From the NCBI GenBank assembly GCA_019057815.1, contig JAHLWR010000004.1, forward strand, positions 128,001 to 192,000: a DNA stretch of 64,000 nucleotides, given 5' to 3'. This document shows, piece after piece, positions 10,736-19,429 of the stretch. Origin of the DNA: Candidatus Heimdallarchaeota archaeon (GTDB lineage: Archaea > Asgardarchaeota > Heimdallarchaeia > Heimdallarchaeales > Heimdallarchaeaceae). Both the position numbers and the translations under genes were made by a program. Below the pieces are notes generated by a model. That model saw only the letters and a list, made by a program, of their open reading frames with translations, was not told where the DNA came from and did not search any database. Position 1 is the first letter of the stretch. Every line of letters starts with the position of its first letter.

Positions 10736-10841
10736 GGGAAAATGAATAAGTTAGTGGAAGTAAGTAAATTTTTTTCACACAAAACAGTTAAATTATATCT
10801 TCTTCAATTCTAATTTGGAATAGTCTGTAAAACGTGATTTT

Positions 10842-11954
10842 ATGACAGATGATGAAGTAAAACCAGATCCAAAAATTAGTTTTTTCTTAAAAAATATTGG
10901 CATACTAATTAAAATGAAAAGAGCGAATAGAAAAAGAATATTGAAGTTTGTAAATAATACACCTAATCTTAAAGAACCACTTATACCAAAATATGAGGGT
11001 AATGCTGGTCCTATGGAGGAGGGGATGATTTATGTTATGTTTAATTCTGAAGGTAAAACTTCATCCTCAGAAATTGATACTGTATATAGATTCTTTTGGG
11101 TGGATGCACCAGATCTTAGATTTTCAGTTATTGATGGTTTTTTAATCTCAGAGAAGTTTAAAGATGAACATTGGGAAACATTATATCCAAGAGGGATTTT
11201 AAAGAATAAGACTAAAGATAGATACCATCAAGAAGCGTTTGAAGAAGAAGTAGAAAAGTTAATCGATGGAACATGGGAAGAAGGTTATACATTTAATTTC
11301 AATGACAAGAAAATAGGTGTATCTGCTAAACTAAAATATGAACCTTTATCAAAAAGTGTTTTAACATATTATGGTGGAAAACTGGCTGTTTGCCCAACAT
11401 TAGCTCAAAGATTCTATGATATGTTTGCATTCAAAGTAACAGGAGAAATAGATGTAAGAGGAGAAAAGATTATACTAGAAAATGGTCGAGGAATAATTGA
11501 GCATGGGACAGGGATATTTTCAAATCTAAGCATATATGATTGGCGATGGTTGAATCTTCAGTTTCCAAACGGTGCAATTCATATTTTTTACCATTCTCTG
11601 GACTTAAAAGAAGGCATCATTGAGGGAGGTGAAGGTGCTTTAGTAATTGATGGGGAATGGTATCATTTTCAAAGAGGAGATTTTCAAGTAGACGAAGTAA
11701 AATATAGTGAAGATGAAAATATACCCTCAAAAGTTGCGACAGAGTGGAGAGTAACGGGAGGGAAAGACGTAGAAAGCAACCCCCTACTAGATTTGAAAGT
11801 TACTTCTACTGCAAAGATTTCGTGGCTTGGAACGCATGGAAAAGAAAATCAAACGTTAACAAACTATGTCATAGAAGCAGAAGGAACTTGGAAAAAGAAA
11901 GAAATCAAAGGGAAAGGAACGATGGAAAATCAACAGCACAGAATAATAGAGTAA
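10842..11954 (+). CDS. Hypothetical beta-rich protein (tocopherol cyclase/AttH-CrtC lipocalin-like fold suspected)
   Basis: VTGEIDVRGE..GRGIIEHGTG..DWRWL and KGKGTME resemble repeated calycin-like strands. Confidence 0.55.
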   Translation: MTDDEVKPDPKISFFLKNIGILIKMKRANRKRILKFVNNTPNLKEPLIPKYEGNAGPMEEGMIYVMFNSEGKTSSSEIDTVYRFFWVDAPDLRFSVIDGFLISEKFKDEHWETLYPRGILKNKTKDRYHQEAFEEEVEKLIDGTWEEGYTFNFNDKKIGVSAKLKYEPLSKSVLTYYGGKLAVCPTLAQRFYDMFAFKVTGEIDVRGEKIILENGRGIIEHGTGIFSNLSIYDWRWLNLQFPNGAIHIFYHSLDLKEGIIEGGEGALVIDGEWYHFQRGDFQVDEVKYSEDENIPSKVATEWRVTGGKDVESNPLLDLKVTSTAKISWLGTHGKENQTLTNYVIEAEGTWKKKEIKGKGTMENQQHRIIE

Positions 11955-12167
11955 AAAGTGCTTTCATTGATGTAATAACAGTAGGAGTTCAACTAATATT
12001 CTTCTTATCACTTACTCCATGTTAGCAAGCAAAAAACAAACTTCTAGTGTTTCAAAAAAAGGAGGAAAAATAGTTTTCTCTCATCTTTTGTTTTTCATAC
12101 TGATTTTTTATGCTTAGAAAAGGACAAAAATTTTTATGCTTTTATCTTTTTCATTTTAAACAAGGAA

Positions 12168-12875
12168 ATGGAAACTGCTCAAATAACAATATTACTGATG
12201 TTTGGTATTGTTTCATTAATTCATTTGATTGGAGAATTTTTGCACAATAAAAACATCATAAAAGTTGAGATAATTCGATATATTACAAAACCTCTTCTTA
12301 TGCCTTTGTTAATGTTGTTTTATACAATAAAGAATCCATCTATTAACTGGTGGATTGTAATTGCTTTGATTGGAGGTTTTTTTGGGGATGTATCTCTAAT
12401 GCTTCCAGATCCCAAGAAAACAAAAAAATGGTTGAAGATTGGTTTGATATCTTTCTTATTAGGGCATATTTTCTATATCGTGGCCTTTGTAATAGAAGCA
12501 GAAGGTTTTACAGAGTATAAATTGTGGAGCATATTTATAGCCTTTCCTTTTGTCATAGCTGGTTCAATCATCCATCCAAAACTAACTAAACATACTGGAG
12601 AAATGACTCTAGCAGTATCGATCTATGTTTTAGTTATTACAGCTATGGGAATAAGCACAACATTCCTTTTTGGAGTTGGGGATTTAAATAGTGTTTTAAT
12701 GGTGTTTTTTGGAGCATGGTTTTTTGCGGTTTCTGATACAATTAATGCGTATGTTAAATTTGTAAAGCAATTTAAGTATGAAAGAACCATTATAATGTTA
12801 ACTTATATCACTGGACAATTCTTGATAATTCTTGGGATAATGATTATCAATTCAGCTATTGTTTTTCCAATATGA
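12168..12875 (+). CDS. Lysoplasmalogenase (YhhN/TMEM86 family)
   Basis: TKPLLMPLL, GDVSL, FLLGHIFY, FAVSD, TYITGQ motifs. Confidence 0.9.
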   Translation: METAQITILLMFGIVSLIHLIGEFLHNKNIIKVEIIRYITKPLLMPLLMLFYTIKNPSINWWIVIALIGGFFGDVSLMLPDPKKTKKWLKIGLISFLLGHIFYIVAFVIEAEGFTEYKLWSIFIAFPFVIAGSIIHPKLTKHTGEMTLAVSIYVLVITAMGISTTFLFGVGDLNSVLMVFFGAWFFAVSDTINAYVKFVKQFKYERTIIMLTYITGQFLIILGIMIINSAIVFPI

Positions 12876-13003
12876 AATAAATGCATTGATTTGCTCTTCT
12901 CCAAGATTGGTTTAACTTTAAAGGATTTGACATTTTTGACAAATCAAATCATCACTCTTCTTTCTTGTAAGAGTTTTTAAATAAACATTTAGTATCCTCT
13001 ATT

Positions 13004-13498
13004 TTAGCGAGAATGCCTATCTCTACCAAAATATTCCTCTATTTGAACTGCATGACCTCCTTCGTGACCAAGTCCCCTGTATCTATATTCAAAGAGAGAT
13101 TCAACAGTTATTTTGCTTCCGTCTTTCCATGTAAAACCTGAATCGTGTTCCCATTTTTGACAAGTGAAAGATTCTAATTTTTTAATCAGTTTGTTGAAAG
13201 ATGACTTCCATTCGTCAATAACTTCTTGTAAAGTGTAAGATTTTCTAGAGTTGACTTGTATTTTATTGAATTCTTCTTCATTCTTAGTTCGAAACCATAA
13301 ATCTTCATTTTTTAGAACTACATCAATTGATTTTCCAATCTCGAAATTCCATGCAGTTAAATGAGCAAGAATATCCTTAATATTCCAAGCTTTTACAATC
13401 TGATGTTGTAACATTTCTTCTTTGTGCAGAGAGTTTACAATGAATTCCATTTTTTGATGATTTTCATTCAGAAATTCGATTGTTTTATTCTTATTCAT
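13004..13498 (-). CDS. DinB/ClbS/DfsB family four-helix bundle protein
   Basis: WNIKDILAHL and HEGGH motifs. Confidence 0.8.
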   Translation of the reverse strand: MNKNKTIEFLNENHQKMEFIVNSLHKEEMLQHQIVKAWNIKDILAHLTAWNFEIGKSIDVVLKNEDLWFRTKNEEEFNKIQVNSRKSYTLQEVIDEWKSSFNKLIKKLESFTCQKWEHDSGFTWKDGSKITVESLFEYRYRGLGHEGGHAVQIEEYFGRDRHSR

Positions 13499-13647
13499 TT
13501 CAAGTTTATCTTATTAAACAAATTCTTTATCTTTATGGTTTGAATTAAGATCATCTTTTTGCGATGTTTGTCTTCAATCTTACTTATTTAATAGGGAAAT
13601 ATTATTTAAAAGTAAGAAAAATAAAAAAGAAAGAACAATACTTTGTT

Positions 13648-14622
13648 TTAGCTTTCACTGAACCAATCCAAGGTATCTTTTATCGCTACTCTATGAGCTG
13701 TATGTTCTGTTGTATTGAATGTTGAAGCGTATTTTGTTCCATCAATTATAAATGGAAATTTCCATTCATAAGCTAGCTCTTTAAGTTCCTTCACAATAGG
13801 TACGAATAGTCCCAAAAATTTAATTGAATTTTCACTCAAAACTTTCATTTTAGGTTCTTGATTCAATTCTTGAAAGATCATTGAAATGAATTCCCGTCCT
13901 GTAACAGGTTCAGCTCCTTCAATATGCCAAATTTGTCCATAGGAATTGGGATTATTGGCAACTGTTACTATCCCTTCTGCAGCATCACGAATATACATCA
14001 TTGAATGTTTTTTATCTAAATCCAACAACCATGTGGCTGGTTTATCTTTGACTGGATTTTCAAGTAGAGGTTTAGTAAAACCATTGACTACATTAGGTCC
14101 ATAGAAATCTCCAAATCGAGCGATAACAGCTTTGATTTCTCCCTTATTATGAGCATTTAAAATCTGCTCAGCTAAACGTTTACGGAGCTCTCCTTTCTTA
14201 CCTTTGGCACTTAAGGGATGTGCTTCAGATATTTTATCATTATGCATTTTACCATACATGTACAAGTTATCGGCATAAACTAGATTAGCTTCAGTTGTTT
14301 TAACAGCTGAAAGAATGTTGTTATTAATAATAGGGAACTCCTTTAACCATTTAGTATATGGAACATTAACACAATGATAAACAATTTTTGCACCTTTAAC
14401 AGCTTCCAAAGTTTGTTTTTTATCCATCATATCTGCAGTTCTGATTTCTACATCAAAGCCATCGAAAATTTTCTTAGCTTTTTGGTAATTTCTTGTTACC
14501 GCAACTACTCGTATTCCTTTCTTTGCAAGTTCAATAACCACAGCTGATCCTAGACCACCTGTAGCACCTAACACTACTGAAATTTCATCGGTATTTATCT
14601 TACTTTGACTTCCTTCACTCAT
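13648..14622 (-). CDS. NAD-dependent epimerase/dehydratase (atypical SDR)
   Basis: GATGGLG, DNLYMYG, KGELR, DFYGP. ATG at 14622 leaves room for the operators. Confidence 0.85.
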   Translation of the reverse strand: MSEGSQSKINTDEISVVLGATGGLGSAVVIELAKKGIRVVAVTRNYQKAKKIFDGFDVEIRTADMMDKKQTLEAVKGAKIVYHCVNVPYTKWLKEFPIINNNILSAVKTTEANLVYADNLYMYGKMHNDKISEAHPLSAKGKKGELRKRLAEQILNAHNKGEIKAVIARFGDFYGPNVVNGFTKPLLENPVKDKPATWLLDLDKKHSMMYIRDAAEGIVTVANNPNSYGQIWHIEGAEPVTGREFISMIFQELNQEPKMKVLSENSIKFLGLFVPIVKELKELAYEWKFPFIIDGTKYASTFNTTEHTAHRVAIKDTLDWFSES

Positions 14623-14637
14623 TTTTATCACATTCCT

Positions 14638-14708
14638 TATCGAACGGTGTTCGTTTAACTTTTGTTCGCCAGACATTTAAATGTTTCTAAACGAACACTG
14701 TTCGGTTA
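14638..14708. promoter_or_regulatory. Pair of palindromic TetR operators flanking a shared TATA-like element
   Basis: CGAAC-GGT-GTTCG (14641-14653) and CGAAC-ACT-GTTCG (14692-14704); ACATTTAAATGT at 14673-14684; lies between divergent SDR and TetR genes. Confidence 0.7.
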
Positions 14709-14744
14709 TGCAAAACTTAATAAGGGGATAGGAGAAGTGGGTGT

Positions 14745-15392
14745 ATGGATAAAACAAAGAAAAAGAGAGCACGTTCAGAAGAAGCAAAAGAGAAACAATT
14801 TAAACGGATAGTTGATGCAGGAAGGGAATTATTTCTAGAATATGGCCCAGAAGGTGTAAGTATGCGTTCATTAGCAAAGAAGCTAAACATGGGTCAGGCG
14901 AGTCTCTATACTTACATTCCAAGTAAAAGGGAGCTGTGGTTTGCAATAATGAGAAATGATTTCAGCATATTTGAGAATGGGATGGGAGAAATCATGCAAT
15001 CTCACAGGGGTAATAACATAGAATTATTGGAAAAAATCGCCAAATATTATCTGAAGTTTGCTCAAGAAGATGAACGAAGATATAGGATGATGTTTCAAAC
15101 CCCAGCACCATCTTCTAAAAATACAGGACCATTCGAGCTTCAATATGATTCGCATTCGATCTATTATTTAAAAGAAATAGTTCAAAAAGCCGTTGAAGCT
15201 GGAGAAATCAAAGAAAAAGATGTAGGTAAGCTTTCATTTTTCATTTGGGGAATAGTGCATGGAACTGTAAGTGTTATCCATACAGAATTCTTCGGTGAAA
15301 GGGCAAAAATACCTGATGTTGGAAGTATAGAAGAGTATCACAGTTTTATTCTGAAATATATAAAAAAAATACTTAATGATCTACTAAGTTGA
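14745..15392 (+). CDS. TetR/AcrR family regulator (WHG-type C-terminal domain)
   Basis: SMRSLAKKLNMGQASLYTYIPSKREL HTH; WGIVHG. Confidence 0.92.
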   Translation: MDKTKKKRARSEEAKEKQFKRIVDAGRELFLEYGPEGVSMRSLAKKLNMGQASLYTYIPSKRELWFAIMRNDFSIFENGMGEIMQSHRGNNIELLEKIAKYYLKFAQEDERRYRMMFQTPAPSSKNTGPFELQYDSHSIYYLKEIVQKAVEAGEIKEKDVGKLSFFIWGIVHGTVSVIHTEFFGERAKIPDVGSIEEYHSFILKYIKKILNDLLS

Positions 15393-15527
15393 TGATTATA
15401 TGGAAACCTTTTCTAGAAACCCTTTCTCCATATTTGACTGTTAAATTAATTAGAGAAACAAAAACCATTAGCTTGTCAAACTTCAATAGAAAAAATTAAT
15501 AATTTAAGACCTATTTCTGAATTACTA

Positions 15528-16682
15528 ATGGGAAAAGATTTCGCAAATCTCAAGATGTTCGTGCTGATTTTCATACTTATTATCTTGGGTAATTTAAACT
15601 ATCATATAATTGGAGCTAGCTCTTTTGAGAAAAATGATATTTCACATCTACTGTCCTTTAATAGTTTTGATTTAGAATTTAATGAAACAAATGCTTATGA
15701 TCATATCTCAACTCAGCTAGGATTTGGTTTTCGTGTTCCTGGAAATTCTGCACACACAAATTGCTCAAATTGGATAATAAGTCAAATACAATCTACTACA
15801 AGCTTGGTTTCAACTCATGAATTTACTATACAAAAAGAAGGCGAACCTAGTTATAACTGTCAAAACATTCTCGGAAAGATTAACCCAGACAGAGAAAACA
15901 TAGTTATTTTTGGAGCACATTGGGATTCTCGAAATGTATCCGAGAAGGCTTTAACAAATAGAGAAAAACCAATACCTGGAGCTAATGATGGCGGTTCAGG
16001 TGTAGGAGTTTTGATTGAATTAGCAAGAGTTCTTTCTCTTTACCAAAGCAATCTTGATAGCCAAATCTGGTTTCTTTTTATTGATGCAGAAGATCAAGGA
16101 TATACTCAAGGAATGTATGGAATACAAGGATGGGATTATTGTGAAGGTTCTAGAGTGTTTGTGGAAGATATAGATGATTTCTATGATTCGTCTTCTGAGA
16201 GTTTTGAATGTTTTATTTTGTTGGATATGGTAGGTGGAACTAACCTTGAATTCATTAAGGAATCGAGATCAGATGATGATCTGCATGAGAGTATATTCAA
16301 TGAAGGAAGAGCTCTAGGTTATAACCAATCATTTCCTGGCGAAGCCAAAACTATGGCAATTAAGGATGATCATCTTGCTTTTATGAATATTGGAATGCCA
16401 GTTATAGATTTAATTATTGATTTTATTTATGGTGAATGGACATATCATCATACAATCTCTGATGACCTAAGTAACATAGATTCGGAAAGTCTAAAAATAA
16501 CCGGAAGAACACTTGAATCATTTATTAAAAACTACTATTCAATAGGTACAGAACAGAACTGGAGAGATGAGTTTCCAAAATGGTTATACATTTCATTATT
16601 TGTTGGTTCAGGGCTATTGTTGGTTATTGTTGGAATTGTTCTCAAAAAGAGAATATGGCCTGGTAATTCGATCTTAAAATGA
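15528..16682 (+). CDS. Membrane-anchored M28 peptidase / glutaminyl cyclase-like protein
   Basis: AHWDSR, GANDGGSG, DAED, LLDMVG, DDHLAF, YHHT; N- and C-terminal hydrophobic segments. Confidence 0.88.
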   Translation: MGKDFANLKMFVLIFILIILGNLNYHIIGASSFEKNDISHLLSFNSFDLEFNETNAYDHISTQLGFGFRVPGNSAHTNCSNWIISQIQSTTSLVSTHEFTIQKEGEPSYNCQNILGKINPDRENIVIFGAHWDSRNVSEKALTNREKPIPGANDGGSGVGVLIELARVLSLYQSNLDSQIWFLFIDAEDQGYTQGMYGIQGWDYCEGSRVFVEDIDDFYDSSSESFECFILLDMVGGTNLEFIKESRSDDDLHESIFNEGRALGYNQSFPGEAKTMAIKDDHLAFMNIGMPVIDLIIDFIYGEWTYHHTISDDLSNIDSESLKITGRTLESFIKNYYSIGTEQNWRDEFPKWLYISLFVGSGLLLVIVGIVLKKRIWPGNSILK

Positions 16683-16754
16683 AAAAGAAATAGTTTCTTA
16701 TATAGCGCAAGATGGGATAAAGTTAGAATATTAACTATTTCTTTGTTTTTCTTT

Positions 16755-18554
16755 TTAGTTACCAATCTCTTCTGATTTTTCTTCTTGCTCACCAACTGTT
16801 TCAACTTCGTCCTTGATTTGATAGTCTGTATCTATTAGATAATCACAATGAAGGTTGAATGGTAAGTATACAAGTTCTTCATATCCCTCTTTCTTTGCTA
16901 GCTTATTAATTTCTGGGATGAAAATTGAATATGGATCATTGAACTTTGGAGAAAGTAATCTATTCATATCAAATTGAGCAAGCTCTCCATCAAGTGCTAG
17001 AGAAAGATTTGTTAAGTATATTTCTATTTCAGTTGATAGTTTTGGAGGAAATATTAGCAATTTTTCTTCTAGAATTTCTCCCATTGTCTGTTTAAATTGT
17101 TCTTTAGTAATTTGACCCATGAACAAGCTTAACAGATATCCCATAAGGGAGAAAGCAAAAGCTTTTCTTGGCTCGTATTTGGCATATCCAGAGAGTAAAA
17201 TCAAATTATTGGCATATTTTGCAATATTATCAAAAATGTTATTATTAATTTCCAAAGTTAATTTAAGCATTGTATACAGACCATTGACTCTTGGATATCT
17301 TTTCATCGCTTCATCTGTGAAGAATGTAGAGTACTCACTTTCAACACGTTTCAAAGGTTCTGTAATCCTCCCTTTTACAGCTAACACTCCTGAATAGAAA
17401 ACAAGTTCCTCCAACATCAATGCTATCCCATCAGCTATTCTACTATCCAGGAAATTGGGGTCTTCCATCATTGGCTTGTATTTTTCTAGATACTTGAAAA
17501 GATCAGGCATAACAGTTTTATTCAATATGTTAAGTTCTGACATGTTTTCTTCTCGTATCACTCTGAACACTGTATACATTGCTTGAACATATACTTTTGT
17601 GACTTGTATCTCTTCTATTGTCTCTTTAATTGTAGGATCGTTTAAAGGATCGTCATTAATATCAAAGAAACCATTTTTCACATGTTCTTTAAAGTCTGAA
17701 ATATAAAACTGAACTTGTTCTAGAATTCTTTCTATCATGTTGAAATATTCATCTTCATTGTAAATATTGAATAACTCTTTATTTACTTCAACTTCAAGGG
17801 AATCGTCAAAAAAGAACCTAGCTAATTCCATCAGATATGTCAAAATGTAATCAATACCAATGAAACTGGCATAATAGACAGAATAGTTAGGTTTGGGTTC
17901 TTTGCGATATTTCTTATCTAGTTCAATATTTTTTTGGACATTCCAAAAGTGGTCAACATATCGAAGATATTGTTCGCTAGCTTTCAAAGCTTCAGTTAAC
18001 CAATGCTCTAAATCGCTTTTATAAATGAAATGCAAAGAATCACAAAGAGTGAAAAAGAAAGTATAAGCAGAATTGAGATAGTTAAGGATTAATTTACGTC
18101 TTTTTGAAAACTCTGGATGATCCCACTCAACCATGAGGTTTTTTACGTCTAATGTTTGGATACCTATCAAAGCATTAGCTAGAGCCTGAGCCGTTCCAGC
18201 GACTTTTAATTCTCCACCATGACCATAAGTATTAGCATACATTGAAGCATATGAGAGTCTAAAGAGTTCTAACTCATACCATTGTAATATCAAATCATCT
18301 TGACTCATATTATTCATAATATCATTAATTCTACTCAGGAATTTTTCAAAAAAGTTTGTAGCTTCAATGGATTTGCGTAGATAAATAGCTTCATCAGGTA
18401 TCTCGCTTTGAATGTGCTTTAAAGCATCAAGTTTCTGGGTTATTAAAATACCTACACGAGTTTTAGAATACGTTCTCCAATTTGTATTATCCACTATAGT
18501 TTTAATTTCGTCCATTATATCTAGGATATCTTGGAATACGTATTTATCGGACAT
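16755..18554 (-). CDS. Hypothetical all-alpha protein
   Basis: 599 aa ORF with helical composition and no recognisable motif. Confidence 0.7.
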   Translation of the reverse strand: MSDKYVFQDILDIMDEIKTIVDNTNWRTYSKTRVGILITQKLDALKHIQSEIPDEAIYLRKSIEATNFFEKFLSRINDIMNNMSQDDLILQWYELELFRLSYASMYANTYGHGGELKVAGTAQALANALIGIQTLDVKNLMVEWDHPEFSKRRKLILNYLNSAYTFFFTLCDSLHFIYKSDLEHWLTEALKASEQYLRYVDHFWNVQKNIELDKKYRKEPKPNYSVYYASFIGIDYILTYLMELARFFFDDSLEVEVNKELFNIYNEDEYFNMIERILEQVQFYISDFKEHVKNGFFDINDDPLNDPTIKETIEEIQVTKVYVQAMYTVFRVIREENMSELNILNKTVMPDLFKYLEKYKPMMEDPNFLDSRIADGIALMLEELVFYSGVLAVKGRITEPLKRVESEYSTFFTDEAMKRYPRVNGLYTMLKLTLEINNNIFDNIAKYANNLILLSGYAKYEPRKAFAFSLMGYLLSLFMGQITKEQFKQTMGEILEEKLLIFPPKLSTEIEIYLTNLSLALDGELAQFDMNRLLSPKFNDPYSIFIPEINKLAKKEGYEELVYLPFNLHCDYLIDTDYQIKDEVETVGEQEEKSEEIGN

Positions 18555-18750
18555 TTAAGTGACCTTCAAGAGGTTGTTCTATTTTCTACTAATCATTCTT
18601 GGAAGTTAAGTGGTTTCTTTTAAACTTAATCAATAATTCTTTTCTATTATTTCAAGCTTATTCTTAAGGTAATGAAATAAATTAGAAAATATCTCAAAAT
18701 AGAACTAAAATTCAATAATGATCTTTAGCTCAGAAAGGAAGAAAACAAAT

Positions 18751-19218
18751 TCATGTAGTGGATACTGGTCTTTTTTTATTGTATTCTATTTGAAATTTGA
18801 TTATATGTTGGAGCAAAAAACTTTGGAAATCCTCAGTTATGTAGTATACACCTTCATTTATCATGCTATCAAGATTTAAGGATAAAATTTCTTCTTCAAG
18901 AGTTTTAAGAAAACTCTTAATAGCTCTTTTTCTCACTCTTGGAGGAACCCCAACAACATAGAAGAAAGATCCTACATCTTTGAAATAATATAGAATGTCA
19001 GCCATTTGTATACTATAGAGCTCTGTCCCAAGTTCTCTTGCAAAGGCTATTATAGCTGCACTAAAACCAGAAAAAAGGATCTCATCCATTCGGCTTTCTT
19101 CGAAGCGACGATGAAATATAATTATCCCACTTTGCTCTACAATAGAAAATTGAAGAATAGGTGTGATAGGTTTCCGTTTTCTAGTTCGTGTAGATGTAAA
19201 TTTCTCTCTTTTACTCAT
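18751..19218 (-). CDS. Longin-like domain protein
   Basis: SIVEQSGIIIFHRRF...DEILFSGFSAAIIAFARELG matches the Asgard longin pattern. Confidence 0.65.
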   Translation of the reverse strand: MSKREKFTSTRTRKRKPITPILQFSIVEQSGIIIFHRRFEESRMDEILFSGFSAAIIAFARELGTELYSIQMADILYYFKDVGSFFYVVGVPPRVRKRAIKSFLKTLEEEILSLNLDSMINEGVYYITEDFQSFLLQHIIKFQIEYNKKRPVSTT

Positions 19219-19320
19219 TGCAAGATAATCTCCAAGTAACCACTAACATTCTAATTAGCACTACACAATAATAAGCGTTTTCCCTTTATAGTCTTAATTT
19301 TTGTACGTTTTTATTGTACA

Positions 19321-19429
19321 GCAATCTTGCGCTTCAAGAACCCCTTCGAGGGGGAAACAATCATCGCGCCATTGAAGATGGACTATAACACCTTAGCCAC
19401 AGACACTGGAGAAGACAAGCTTCTTCCGC
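19321..19429 (-). ncRNA. Candidate structured RNA, 3' trailer of glgP (unassigned family)
   Basis: About 50% GC by hand count; serial hairpins; K-turn-like GAUGA/UGA element in the GCGC-closed stem at 19329-19369. Confidence 0.45.
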
